A stretch of DNA of 64,000 nucleotides from Methanobacteriota archaeon (lineage in GTDB: Archaea; Thermoplasmatota; E2; DHVEG-1): positions 32,001 through 96,000 of the forward strand of contig CAVYNH010000007.1 of NCBI GenBank assembly GCA_963769885.1, written 5' to 3'. Below are positions 40,946 through 51,855 of the stretch, piece by piece; the first letter of the stretch is position 1, and each line of letters starts with the position of its first letter. The position numbers and the translations under genes are program-made. A model generated the notes under the pieces. It had not been told where the DNA came from. It was given only the letters and a program-made list of their open reading frames with translations, and ran no database searches.

Positions 40946-41075
40946 TTACGCCCGCATCGAGATACTGTCACCGAGATAGCGCTATATTCATGGACTCTTC
41001 TTCTGTTGAGGATTTTTAGGTGCGAGTTTTCGAATCGTGTTTTGGTACTTGGAAACAGCCATGGAATCTGGCAAT
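40946..41075 (+). repeat. tRNA-Arg 3'-end copy fused to repeat family X (X also at 42111-42232 and 53690-53810)
   Basis: TTACGCCCGCATCG is identical to 56885-56898, followed by GATACTGTCACCGAGATAGCGCTAYATTCATG...TTCGAATCGTGTTTT...GAAACAG. Confidence 0.88.
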
Positions 41076-41330
41076 TTAGTTACTCATGTTTTACGGTAAT
41101 CGCTGTAAAAAAGAAAAGAAAAAAAAGAGGAAGGGAGGATTAAATAGTTCTTTTGTTCTGGTGAAGAACGATATCCAAACCCCTCTCCGTTCTACGTTAT
41201 TTCAGATCTTGCTATCCTATCCATCTTCCTCCTATTTAGAGTATCTTATTTTCTTTAATCTCTGATAGGAATGTTTAAGTAGTTCCTTGTATAATACATA
41301 TACATATGCAATTGCATGAGATGATGTATT

Positions 41331-41477
41331 ATGATAAGAATGACGTTTTCAATTTCTAACAACCTGAAAAAAAAACTCGATTCCAAACCGGATGTCAATT
41401 GGCCTGAAGTCTTGAAGGAAAGACTCAAGAAGAGAGTAGAACTCTTGGAAAAACTGCATGAACAAGGAGAAATTTAA
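41331..41477 (+). CDS. Small RHH antitoxin-like protein (not in ORF track)
   Basis: MIRMTFSISNNLKKKLDSKPDVNWPEVLKERLKKRVELLEKLHEQGEI. Confidence 0.75.
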   Translation: MIRMTFSISNNLKKKLDSKPDVNWPEVLKERLKKRVELLEKLHEQGEI

Positions 41478-41478
41478 T

Positions 41479-41781
41479 ATGGCATGCATTACAATTTCTG
41501 TTGATAAAACATTTAAAAATAGACTCCATCAATTTTCCTGGATAAATTGGTCTGAAATTGCAAGAGAAGAACTGCTGAAACGATATCTCTTTGAAAAATA
41601 CATGAAAACAGGAGAACTATCCAAAGACGAGGAACGATTCTGCGACCAGATCGATTGGCACCCTGTCGATGAACTTCCGATAAAAAAAGAATTCATTAAA
41701 AAGATAGGGGAAATTCGAAAAGGAGCATCCTCAAAACCAATGAAACCGGATCAAGTCAAGCAGTGGCTTCAGGAGCTATGA
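41479..41781 (+). CDS. RHH antitoxin
   Basis: ITISVD...INWSEIARE; overlaps the toxin start. Confidence 0.75.
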   Translation: MACITISVDKTFKNRLHQFSWINWSEIAREELLKRYLFEKYMKTGELSKDEERFCDQIDWHPVDELPIKKEFIKKIGEIRKGASSKPMKPDQVKQWLQEL

Positions 41782-42053
41782 GCTTCGCCATCATTATCTC
41801 TAATGAGTTGAAGAAGACATTGGTGACGATGAAAAGGAAGGACCAAAGGATGTTTCAAATGGTGAGTAAGAAAATAGTGCAAATTGCGTCCTCGGATTCT
41901 CTTGCCATCCAACATTACAAGAATCTACGCAGCCCGTTGAACGACTATAAACGCGTTCATATAGGAAGCTATGTCCTTCTCTTCCGAGTCCAAGCAGAGC
42001 ACATCATCTTTGAAGCACTTGAACACCACGATCAAGTCTATCAAATGAAATAG
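41778..42053 (+). CDS. RelE/ParE-family toxin
   Basis: KNLR.PL..YKRVHIGSYVLLF.....IIF...EHHD.VY. Confidence 0.88.
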   Translation: MSFAIIISNELKKTLVTMKRKDQRMFQMVSKKIVQIASSDSLAIQHYKNLRSPLNDYKRVHIGSYVLLFRVQAEHIIFEALEHHDQVYQMK

Positions 42054-42083
42054 GGACTTTGCCCCTATGACGCCTTTGCCTTT
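42044..42083 (-). mobile_element. Solo IS200 right end
   Basis: Reverse complement of GGC...CATAGGGGC...CCCTATTTCATT. Confidence 0.8.
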
Positions 42084-42415
42084 ATTTCTTTTCTTTGCTG
42101 GTTTTGATTAGGATACTGTCACCGAGATAGCGCTACATTCATGTGATCTTCTTCTGTTGGGAATTTTATGGCATGGGTTTTCGAATCGTGTTTTTGTAGT
42201 TGGAAACAGTAATGGAATCTGCCAACGAAGACGAGTTTTAAGGAAACAGGATCCACCCATTTCATTAAATGTAATTCCTCTCTCTTAGGATTATGAATCA
42301 GGCTAATTAGTACTATATAGAGTTGACGGTACAATGTCGAAATTAATTTATAGATTGGTATCTATTGAGAGAGTAGATGTTCTCTCTAGAAAAAAGGTGG
42401 GAACACAATAGAAGC

Positions 42416-43424
42416 ATGAAGGCACCGCATACTTTTATTATGTACACACGTGTCCTGAGACTTCAAGGTGCTGCAGCAACTGCCTCCGCGGTTCTCATTG
42501 GTGCTTTACTCATGGGGCAACGAGACTTTGCCTCTCTGTTCGTTCTCTTTATTTTAGGGGTTCTCGCACATATTTTCATCTTTGTTTTCAATGAGTATGT
42601 TGATGTTCAGGTCGATGCAATATCTGCTGATCTTAAGGGGAAACCTCTTGTCAGTGGCGCGGTTTCACGACGTAATGCCCTTGTAATCGCGCTGATTGTT
42701 TTGGCATTAACGTACGTGCTCAGTACCCGTCTTTTTCTCAGAATACCCTTTGTTATTCCTTACATTAGGACTCCTCTGCGGTAGTATCTATGATTTATTT
42801 GGGAAAAAAATACTTTTTGCAGATGTTTTTATTGCAGGATCTTGTTTCTTCATTGTATTATTTGGTGCGAGTACTGTCTCTATCTCGTTTACATCCTTTG
42901 TGTATCTTGTTTCGCTTGCCTGTTTCTTCCACATTTTGTTTAACAATGCTGTTGAGGGTGGATTAAAAGATATAGATCACGATGCTCTTGCTGGTGCGAA
43001 AACAACAGCAACGCGATTACAGGTGAAGATTGTTGATGGGAAACTCGTGGTGACAAAACGGTTCGCTGCGTTCGCGTACCTCTGTAAGCTCTTTTATCTC
43101 AGTTTAGTTTTTTTGGTGAGTCTCCTCCCTGAGGTTTCCTTCTGGAATTCTACCGTATCTTTTTTAGCGCAGATATTTTTGGTCTTTCTACTCGCTGTAG
43201 TTGTTGTCACTTTGTATCGGTTTTGGCATCCCCCTGAATTTAACAGGAAGCATTTAATCAAGGTATTTGGGATACATGAGATCGCAGCATATGCCCTTGG
43301 CCCTATCGTTCTCCTTCCAGTGATAGGGATCTCTTTGACTCTGCTGCTTCTTGTTCTACCAGTAGTTTGGTTTTTCCTGGTGAACCTTTGCCTTTATGGA
43401 CATCCTCTGTATCCTCAGGTGTAA
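42416..43424 (+). CDS. UbiA-family prenyltransferase (apparent +1 frameshift at ~42727)
   Basis: NEYVDVQVD....KPLVSG, YD..GKK, KDIDHD..AGAKT; two frames joined at GTACCC. Confidence 0.82.
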
Positions 43425-43521
43425 ATTCAAAAGATAGATGAAATAAGAACGGATCCCTATTTTATTAGATAGAATCTCACAAAAAATTTGTAATATTTCC
43501 GAGTTTATTAGTTATATCTTA

Positions 43522-43640
43522 TACGCCCGCATCGGGACCTAGCGCTAATTCTATAGTGCCCAACAGGAGAAAATAAACTCAAAAACCAGACGGCCTTGAT
43601 CGCCAAGACTCTACAACGACGGACAGTACATAAAACTAAC
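43522..43640 (+). repeat. tRNA-Arg 3'-end copy fused to repeat family Y (second copy 49955-50070)
   Basis: TACGCCCGCATCGGGA (16 bp equal to the tRNA 3' end) + CCTRGCGCTAATTCTATAGTGCCCAACAGGAGAAAA...CTCAAAAACCAGACGGCC...ACTCTACAACGAC. Confidence 0.88.
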
Positions 43641-43930
43641 TCATTCGTAAGGTTATTGACGGTCAGAAGTTGTCCCCGTTGGACTTTGGCGTAAACATTC
43701 AACCATGGTCCGATAATCATTCAAAATTGATTGATGGCTTGAGAATTTTACAGACATCACCTAGCAAAGGATACTACGTCCTAGATCCGTTTCCGTGGCT
43801 CGGTCAAGCAGTGACACGGTTTTGAATCATATTTTTTGTGTTGAAAAGTTCCATGGGTTCAAATCCCTTACCCTGCACTAAAAGACAAAATCAAGCTTAT
43901 TTTTAGTAAAGAAACCCATTTTATTTGCTC

Positions 43931-44717
43931 TCAATTTATTGAATGAGCCTTGGTTTTGATTTTTTCGAGTGCCAATCCATAAATCGAGATTGTGAATAAA
44001 GGTATATGAAGAATAGCCACCCAAACTGGATATCCTGAAATTATCAAGGGGCCACTCAGGTTTAGAAGACCGAAATAGACGCCTACAATGCAGAGAAAGC
44101 GGTATGCTGGTTTGTAGATATTAGGATAGGTACAAGGTCAAAATATAAATCATTACTGGTGCTGTAAAACAGAAGGCAAGTCCATATTCAGATGTCAAGA
44201 AGAGTATTGGATTAAAGTCTGGTTGTCCAAGTATCGTCATCGGAACCCAAAATGCTAAAATCGCCAAGGGCACTGCCCAAAACCTCCACTTTTCTAGCTC
44301 CACTAACGCAAATTCGTTCTCATGCTGGAAGATTGCTGGAATCCATAAGATGCCTACAAGGAGTATCTGTAACAGGTTATTGAATATAATCACAAACCCG
44401 AACTGTTGATTGACAGTTATGTTCTGTGCAAATGCTATAAACACAAAATTGACTGTAAGATACACATAAAAATATTTCACTACTTTCGTGTTGAGTTTCC
44501 AAAGAAGAATCACAAGGACTAGAGTGGCAAGATGAAAAGCGGGCGCAAGCCAAAGATATGGCGTAAGCGATTCTCTAAGGACTAGTCCCATAAGTTCTCC
44601 TACTTGCCCGTATGTCATTGGTTTGCTCGTATATGGTGGAACAAAAAGAGGGATCAGAAAAAGAAGTAAGTAGAACCACCATTTTGACGTAATCCTTCGT
44701 AGAGCAAACGGTAGCAT
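43931..44717 (-). CDS. Polytopic membrane protein (apparent +1 frameshift at ~44129)
   Basis: Hydrophobic reading continues in the shifted frame as YPNIYKPAYRFLCIVGVYFGLLN...HIPLFTISIYGL to TGA at 43931. Confidence 0.72.
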
Positions 44718-44934
44718 GTTGTTTTAGTATGACATATTTCGTATATAAAAGCATGAATTACTGAAATAGGTTCAAATCCTTCCCCTGCACATAAAAACAT
44801 ATCCTTAGAACCCGATCACCGAGCAGTAGATACTGCTTCCGAGATCCGTTTCCCTGGGCGGTCTAGCAGTGACACGATTCTATTGTGATCTACTACAATA
44901 TTTTGAATAAAAAATCAAGAGATTATTTTCTTAT

Positions 44935-45634
44935 CAGTAGCGGCCGGGAATACTGCGTGGTCTGAACCGCAGTGAAGACCCGCAGATGAGAGGCCGCTCG
45001 TCGTCTTTTTCTCACAACACTCGTTACATTTTTTGTCGCGGCGGGCAGGCGTCCGCCTGCCCCTTTACCGCGCGACAGGAGTACAAAAACTTATGGAGAG
45101 TGTATCGAGCGGCAGCTCTAAAAAGGTTGCGGGTGACACCCGCAACAACTGGGTGACCATGATGTTCCCGACACACAAAAGGTACCGGAACTTCCGAAAA
45201 CAAAGCCACATCGACACCTGCACCCAGGCGTTCCACGACCTGGAACGCCTTGGGTTCGAGTTCGGCGAATTCGGATTCGCCGAAACCCATGTACATCTCC
45301 AGGTCAACGTTCCCAAGCGGTACTCCATTGAAACCGCTGAGATTATTCTCAAGTCTTACACCTCCCGGAGAATGTTCCAGGCTCACCCCGGGTTCCACAA
45401 ACGCTACCCCCGCGGGGGATTCTGGAGCGGGTACGAGCACCATGAATCCACCGGATTGACCAGCCTTGATGAATCCTCAGCCTACCTGCGCGATCAGCAA
45501 CGACATCACAACATGACTATTATCGACGACCGACAACAACGCCTGACCGCCGAGTGAGATACGGCAATGCCCAAGAGGGCTTGCCGAGGAACGAAGGCGG
45601 AACGGGGTCATAGGGGCGCAGCCCCTATTTCATT
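44935..45634 (+). mobile_element. IS200-type element, copy 3
   Basis: TTAT flank; nearly identical to copy 1. Confidence 0.92.
45093..45557 (+). CDS. tnpA: IS200/IS605 Y1 transposase
   Basis: THVH, YLRDQ. Confidence 0.92.
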   Translation: MESVSSGSSKKVAGDTRNNWVTMMFPTHKRYRNFRKQSHIDTCTQAFHDLERLGFEFGEFGFAETHVHLQVNVPKRYSIETAEIILKSYTSRRMFQAHPGFHKRYPRGGFWSGYEHHESTGLTSLDESSAYLRDQQRHHNMTIIDDRQQRLTAE

Positions 45635-45936
45635 CTTGGATCGTTACACTCTGGACAATTAACATTTCCAGTACCATCGCATTCAGGGCAATCTTCGATT
45701 CTAGTACCATCACAGATTGGGCACTCTCTCTTTCCTCCACCACCGCAAGCGGAGCAAATTTTAGGTCTATCACCGTTTGGGTTATCATATGGATCCTCTC
45801 CAGTACCTTTGCAAATTATACAATCAGTCAATCCAGTACCATTACAATCAATACATTCTTCTTTTCCAGAACCGCCACATTTTGGACACACTATTGTTCC
45901 AACACCATCACAACATGAACACTTTTTTTCTGTCAT
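45625..45936 (-). CDS. Stand-alone DnaJ-type zinc-finger repeat protein
   Basis: Seven CxxCxGxG-like repeats plus a terminal CxxC. Confidence 0.8.
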   Translation of the reverse strand: MTEKKCSCCDGVGTIVCPKCGGSGKEECIDCNGTGLTDCIICKGTGEDPYDNPNGDRPKICSACGGGGKRECPICDGTRIEDCPECDGTGNVNCPECNDPRMK

Positions 45937-45944
45937 AATATGTA

Positions 45945-46319
45945 CTATTTCACAACGAGTTTTTTCACTAATTCCATTACTCTGTTGTGTCGAGTTTCCT
46001 CGATTTCTAAAATACTTTTTTTCAACCAATTCCGCCAATCTTTTTTATCTTTCCATAAATGCAGAAAAACAATGGGAATATCGTTCCGTTTGTATATCTC
46101 CTCCCGATATACATAATCGAATTTATCAGATCCACAAACCTCTAAATACAAATTTAATGCAGGAAGGTAAAAATCAGGTATCCACACCCTCGGGCGTTTC
46201 TTTTCATCATAAAGGAAAACAGGCTGTTGATAATACCAATCCAAACCCATTTCATTCAAATAACCGGCGACTACAATCTCGCTTTTGTGCATGTCGTTGT
46301 AAAATTCCTTTCCTGGCAT
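45945..46319 (-). CDS. Small PD-(D/E)XK-like nuclease domain protein
   Basis: SE..VA.YL...WIPDFYLP..NLYLEVCG. Confidence 0.7.
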   Translation of the reverse strand: MPGKEFYNDMHKSEIVVAGYLNEMGLDWYYQQPVFLYDEKKRPRVWIPDFYLPALNLYLEVCGSDKFDYVYREEIYKRNDIPIVFLHLWKDKKDWRNWLKKSILEIEETRHNRVMELVKKLVVK

Positions 46320-46552
46320 TTATTTCTCTTCTCCTTATTATAAGTGATAAAATGTGGATTATTAACTCTTTGGGAGGTCTTGGATTTGGGCAATAAACAA
46401 ACACATGATTATTTAGTCCATGATTCAAATTATTTCTCAATACTTTTTATTCCTGCCCCATTTCCATGGATCGGTCAAGCAGTGACACGTTTTGTAACTC
46501 ATGATTTATGTGCGAAATCAAATGATAAAAAAAAGGGAGATGGATAGGACGT

Positions 46553-48349
46553 CTACCCTCCATCGACAAGTTCGAGCTCCCACTGCGCATTCCCACCCAT
46601 GACCATATCCTTGGTGATCCAACATTCATTCAGGAATGCATGACCATTCGTGAATTTACATGCGGCGAGGAACTCGATCTGATCGGCAAACAACCGGGAC
46701 GTGAGGATCACCCTCACATTATGCATATTACAGATAATCCCATCATAAATGAACTCCACACCCGGTCCCCTCGATCCGTTTACATACGAGTAATTCTCAA
46801 TAGTCACCCATTCCTTCGTTGGCTGAATCCGTTGAGGGAAGAAATCCAAAAAGAACAATGCCCGATCTCGCCATTCCTGTTTTACTTTGAAATCAACGTT
46901 ATAAGATAAATTCATGATTCTGTAGGTGCATACAAAGGTGACGCTCGCTTTCCCGAGTCCATGCACTGGCCGTATCTGGATTGTCGCATTCTCCCCGGGG
47001 CCTAAGGTGCCGATGGTTCCATTTTTCAATTTTGGAGAGAACAGATTTGCTGTTGCATTCATTACCCACGAGATGTTTTCCGCTGTCCCATTCCCTCTAT
47101 TCGTCAACTCGACGGAAAGGCTGCCCAGACCGCCTTTGATGTTGATGAGATCAAGGATTGGTAGGTTTTGTTGTGCAGTAGTGGACCCAAAACAATACAC
47201 CTTCCCATCACCGGATCCTACGTAGACTTTTCCGTTGGCAACCGCAGGAGAGGACGACACATAATTGTCCGTGGTGTAGTTCCAGATGAGTCCGCCGGTC
47301 GAAGCATCCAGACAATACACCTTATTATCAGGATCATTGGATCCTATGTAGACTTTTCCGTCGGCAACCGCAGGAGAAGACGACACATAAGAGCCTGTAG
47401 TGTAGTTCCAGATGAATCCGCCGGTCAAAGCATCCAGACAACACACATTCCAACTATATAATCCCACGTAGACTTTTCCGCCAGCAACCGCAGGAGAAGA
47501 GTACACTATATCACTGTTGGTGCAACATGCCCAGATGAATCCGCCGGTCGTCGCATTCAAACAATACACAAACCCATTATTTGATCCCACGTAGACTTTC
47601 CCAGTGGCAACCGCAGGAGAAGATTCCACCCAAGAGTTTATGGGGTAGCTCCAGATGAGTCCGCCGGTCGAAGCATCCAGACAAAGCACCTCTAACCAAA
47701 ATCCGATGTAGACTTTTCCGTCAGCAACCGCAGGGGAAGAAGTTACCCAATAGCCTGTGGTGTAGTTCCAGATGAGTCCGCCGGTCGACGCATCCAGACA
47801 ATACACAGTCCCATCCCAGGATCCTACGTAGACTTTTCCGTCAGCAACCGCAGGAGAAGAACGCACTTCATCACCGGTGGTGAAGTTCCAGATGAATCCG
47901 CCGGTCGTCGCATTCAAACAATACACATTCGCATCATCGCATCCGACATAGACTTTCCCGTCAGCAACCGCAGGAGAAGATTTCACCCCACGGCCTGTGA
48001 TGTAGCTCCAGATGAGTCCGCCGGTCGGCGCATCCAGACAATACACAGTCCCATCATATGATCCTATGTAGACTTTTCCGTCGGCAACCGCAGGAGAAGA
48101 AAGCACTTCATCACCGGTGGTGTAGCTCCAAAGACTATTATTTGTATCTGGCCCAAGAGATGTTGAATAGCGAGAATGACTCAGGTCATGCCCAAACATC
48201 GGCCACCAATCAGTATCAAGTGGAGCAGGTCGATGCTCGTTCAGTTGAGGTGTATCATTCTTTTGACGTATCTCTCCAGTGATACTCGGGAGACCAACGG
48301 TCGTCATCAACAGCATACACACAAACATACCAAGTATCTTTTTTTTCAT
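46553..48349 (-). CDS. Secreted PQQ-like beta-propeller repeat protein
   Basis: Signal peptide, WPMFGHD, eight SSPAVAxGKVYxG...CLDA.TG..IW repeats (~120 nt period). Confidence 0.92.
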   Translation of the reverse strand: MKKKILGMFVCMLLMTTVGLPSITGEIRQKNDTPQLNEHRPAPLDTDWWPMFGHDLSHSRYSTSLGPDTNNSLWSYTTGDEVLSSPAVADGKVYIGSYDGTVYCLDAPTGGLIWSYITGRGVKSSPAVADGKVYVGCDDANVYCLNATTGGFIWNFTTGDEVRSSPAVADGKVYVGSWDGTVYCLDASTGGLIWNYTTGYWVTSSPAVADGKVYIGFWLEVLCLDASTGGLIWSYPINSWVESSPAVATGKVYVGSNNGFVYCLNATTGGFIWACCTNSDIVYSSPAVAGGKVYVGLYSWNVCCLDALTGGFIWNYTTGSYVSSSPAVADGKVYIGSNDPDNKVYCLDASTGGLIWNYTTDNYVSSSPAVANGKVYVGSGDGKVYCFGSTTAQQNLPILDLINIKGGLGSLSVELTNRGNGTAENISWVMNATANLFSPKLKNGTIGTLGPGENATIQIRPVHGLGKASVTFVCTYRIMNLSYNVDFKVKQEWRDRALFFLDFFPQRIQPTKEWVTIENYSYVNGSRGPGVEFIYDGIICNMHNVRVILTSRLFADQIEFLAACKFTNGHAFLNECWITKDMVMGGNAQWELELVDGG

Positions 48350-48398
48350 GTTCCTTTCACTCCCCAAAATACAAACTTTGTAAGAGTTGATATCCTCT

Positions 48399-48510
48399 GG
48401 ATTCATTTAAATGTTTTCAGGCAATAAAATCTGCAATAAAGGAATGAATGCTTGTATTACTTCTTTAAAAACATATTCTTAGAATCTCATGTTTTGTGTA
48501 AATCGACGAT
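48399..48510 (-). promoter_or_regulatory. Duplicated upstream module of secreted-protein genes (second copy 51891-52000, partial 49644-49700)
   Basis: GATTCATTTAAATGTTTTCAG..ATAAAATCTGCAA.AAAGG...TTTAAAAACATATTCTTAGAA shared. Confidence 0.7.
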
Positions 48511-48596
48511 AAAAAGATGGGATTTTTAGTACCCCAGTAGGTGTCGTAGAATTGGGAACGCATGTGGGAACAAAAAAAAGAAAAGAGGTTGGAGTA

Positions 48597-49589
48597 TTAG
48601 GTTACTCCAAGAACGTAAAACAGAAGAATTTTCCCTGTCGCTGTCTTTTCTTTATCAGATACTCTTGCGGTAATGCTGATAGGACCAAGTCCAAGGAATA
48701 GCCCTGTTGAGACTGTTTTTGGTTCTCCCATTGGGATGTCAATGGTCCCATTCGCTGTTGTATTTACTAGTCCAAGGATGCCGCCTTTCACTTGAAGCTG
48801 CCATGCAACACCAGTGGCATCTGCATCCCCGATGTTCGTGATGACTGCTTTCACTCCAATGCCTCCGGTGATGTTAATCTGATAATCGGGTTTTGGTGTA
48901 TAGGTCAGGTTGAAGGCAAGATTGTGAGCTAGGCTTGCACCATTTTGTAACGCATTGAGGTTACCTTGTGGAGATGTCATCCATAAAAACGAGCTGAGAT
49001 TTTGCGAAGCATTGCTTTGTATTGAAAGCCAACCATTTGTTAAATACACACTTGGAATAGTTGCTTCGAAATAGTACATGGGCCATCCATTATATAGCAA
49101 TCCTGTGTTTGTGTAGGTTGGTACTACATTATAAAATGGTGATGGTGGAACCACTGCACCTGGTGCACCAGCATTATTTTGGTAGAATATGATATCGAAT
49201 GTCATTCCATCTGGAACGCCTTGATACCATCCAGAATTCCAGATCCAGGTTAGTCCCCACCAGTGCACATCATCAATTGTCACATTATTTATACCCCAGA
49301 AGTCTTCTTGACATAGCCATGCCAAATTTTTCGCGGATGTATAGGCAGCCCAAGATTCATTTGGTAGATACGGCATCTGAGAAAATATTACATTTCCTCC
49401 TGACGTCGGCTGAATAATTTTTCCTGATGGTTGTAGATTACTGTTTATTCCCATAGAAGTTATTCCATTATTCGTCATAGACGCGACTGCGGGAATAGCA
49501 GTAGCTATCATCAGCATGCATACAAATATTCCAATTAGTTTTTTTTCCTCCTTCAATTTACTACTACAAACCAGGCTTGTCTTTCTCAT
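48597..49589 (-). CDS. Secreted surface protein, paralogous architecture to 30910-32220
   Basis: KKLIGIFVCMLMI signal; EDFW, VHWWG; C-terminal ITGGIGVKAVITNIG...GLGPISIT. Start uncertain. Confidence 0.75.
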   Translation of the reverse strand: MRKTSLVCSSKLKEEKKLIGIFVCMLMIATAIPAVASMTNNGITSMGINSNLQPSGKIIQPTSGGNVIFSQMPYLPNESWAAYTSAKNLAWLCQEDFWGINNVTIDDVHWWGLTWIWNSGWYQGVPDGMTFDIIFYQNNAGAPGAVVPPSPFYNVVPTYTNTGLLYNGWPMYYFEATIPSVYLTNGWLSIQSNASQNLSSFLWMTSPQGNLNALQNGASLAHNLAFNLTYTPKPDYQINITGGIGVKAVITNIGDADATGVAWQLQVKGGILGLVNTTANGTIDIPMGEPKTVSTGLFLGLGPISITARVSDKEKTATGKILLFYVLGVT

Positions 49590-50148
49590 TCTTTTCCGTA
49601 TAAAAAGCCTGTTCCTCCTTAGCTAGTGCTATTAGTTATCATTATTTAAATGTTTGGAATAGAAAAAAATTCTTCTTTTTAAAAACATATCCTTAGAAAC
49701 CTATTACAAAATAGGAGATATTGCATCCTAGATTCGCTTCCCTTGGCGGTCAAGCACACGCATCAATCCTTCTGAGGATTGCACACAGACCATGCAGAGC
49801 CACAATCCCCCTTGGTTGGTTGGGCATATGCGTACCAAGAAGAAGATAACGCGTCCTCGTTTTTTATCATCAATGTTAATAATTATACATGAAAAAAGAG
49901 ACGGTGGTTCACGGTCTGGAGGTGGAGGTTGGCGATGGAAAAGGAGCGTTTTTTCGTCCGCATCGGGACCTGGCGCTAATTCTATAGTGCCCAACAGGAG
50001 AAAACACCCTCAAAAACCAGACGGCCATGACCGTCAGAACTCTACAACGACCGGCACTACATAATACTATCGCTCACAACTATTCCTATTGTGAGAACCA
50101 GCCTATTTTTACCTAATACCTTTTGCATCTTGCTTTTCCCCCTTAAAC

Positions 50149-51855
50149 TTATATCAATCTATTGCAAAGAGCAATAATAAATCGTAAGCCAATCAGTCCG
50201 TGATACTCCTTTGAGATCGTGACCCTCTCCCCATGAAGATAGGTGATGAAACTGAAGGGGATGAATGTCACTACTCTGGTTTTCACCGCCTCAAACGCCG
50301 TGTACTTTCCTTGACTGGAGAGGTTGGTGATCTTGCCGAAGATGAACACTGGCTGGAACTTTTCAACCGTAATGTTCTGAGTGATACTATCTTCTGCGCC
50401 AGCATTGTCTCTCACGGTCAACGTGACATTGTATGTCCCCGAAGCTAGATAGTCATGCGTCACGATTTCTCCTATTCCTGGAGTGCCATCGCCGAAATTC
50501 CAAACCCAAGAAGAGATATTCCCATCAGGATCATAGGAGGATGATGCATTAAAGGTTACAGAAAGATTTTCAGCAGAAAAGGTGAAATTTGCTATCGGCG
50601 GTTGATTTTCACTTTTTATTTTTATCAACTAGACATCCCTTTCTCCCAATCCATATGATTTTGTGTACCCTGCAATTAGATACCCTTTATCTATGGTCTG
50701 TATTACTGACCATCCTAAATCCTCATTTGGTCCTCCTAAGGTTTCATTCCATAGTTCATCACCCATAGCATCAGTTTTTATCAACCATACATCACTACTA
50801 CCTTTACCATAGGATTCCGTATATCCTGTGATAATATATCCACCATCCAGGGCCTGTCGAACAGAATATGCACCATCATTCAGAACCCCGCCAAAGGTTT
50901 TATTCCATAGCATATTCCCGTTTGCGTCTGTTTTGATTAGCCAAGCATCGTATGAACCTGCACCAAATGAGTTTGTATATCCTGCAATAATATATCCTCC
51001 ATCGGTTGTCTGCTGACCCGATAGTGCTAATTCATCGTTTATTCCTCCAAAGGTTTTACTCCACTGTAAACTCCCATTGCTATCAGTTTTAATAAGCCAC
51101 ATATCAAGGGGTCCAGCACCAAAACCGGTAAATCCAACAATAATGTACCCGCCATCAGCGGTCCGATGAACTGAACGTGCTTGTTCATTGTCTGCTGGTC
51201 CTCCAAAGGTTCTAAACCACTGCTCATTTCCATTAGCATCTGTTTTTAGAAGCAAAACATCAGCACCACCAGCACTGTTCCAATTGGTCCATCCTGCGAT
51301 AATATAACCACCATCTATGGTTTGTTCACCACACTCTGCTGTATCCCAAAGAACCCCCCTCCACCAAATCTTATCCCATTGTGTTATACCATTACCATCT
51401 GTTTTAATCAACAGAACACCAGCAGGACCTACAGGAGTCACAAAAGTGTTCCCTATAATGATATATCCTCCATCGGTTGTCTGCTGAACCGCCCATGCTT
51501 CATCCATGTTTGCCCATCCGAAGGTTTTATTCCACTGTTCAACCCCGTTAGAATCTATTTTTAGGAGAAAAACATCAAAATCACCAGCACCAAACGAGAG
51601 AGTTTTTCCTGTGGCGATATACCCTCCATCTGATGTCTGTTGTACGGAATATGCCGAATCATCGCTTACTCCACCCCAGATAATGTTCCATTCCGCTATG
51701 GGGCCATCTAAAGGCACTGCTGTTTGAGTAGTAAAAGAGCTGAAAACCCCTCTATTTTTCGCCCTAATATCACTAACACTTGATACGACACTCGCTCCCA
51801 CCATTAAAACGATAATTCCACAAACCACGCCCTTGTTCACCCAACTCGTTTGCAT
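50149..51855 (-). pseudogene. Secreted beta-propeller + PKD protein split by an in-frame TAG at 50629-50631
   Basis: Repeats QQTTDGGYII.G.T...DVWLIKTD..G...W; last repeat reads DV*LIK; then NQPPIANF, SYDPDG, WNFGDG (PKD). Confidence 0.8.

Noticed and set aside
42119-42334. 71-aa ORF over repeat X
   Set aside because: The equivalent frames contain stops in the other X copies; at most a decayed gene tail.
47180-48130. Regular ~120-bp repeats resembling a CRISPR array or DGR
   Set aside because: In-frame PQQ-propeller coding repeats; no unique spacers, cas genes or reverse transcriptase.
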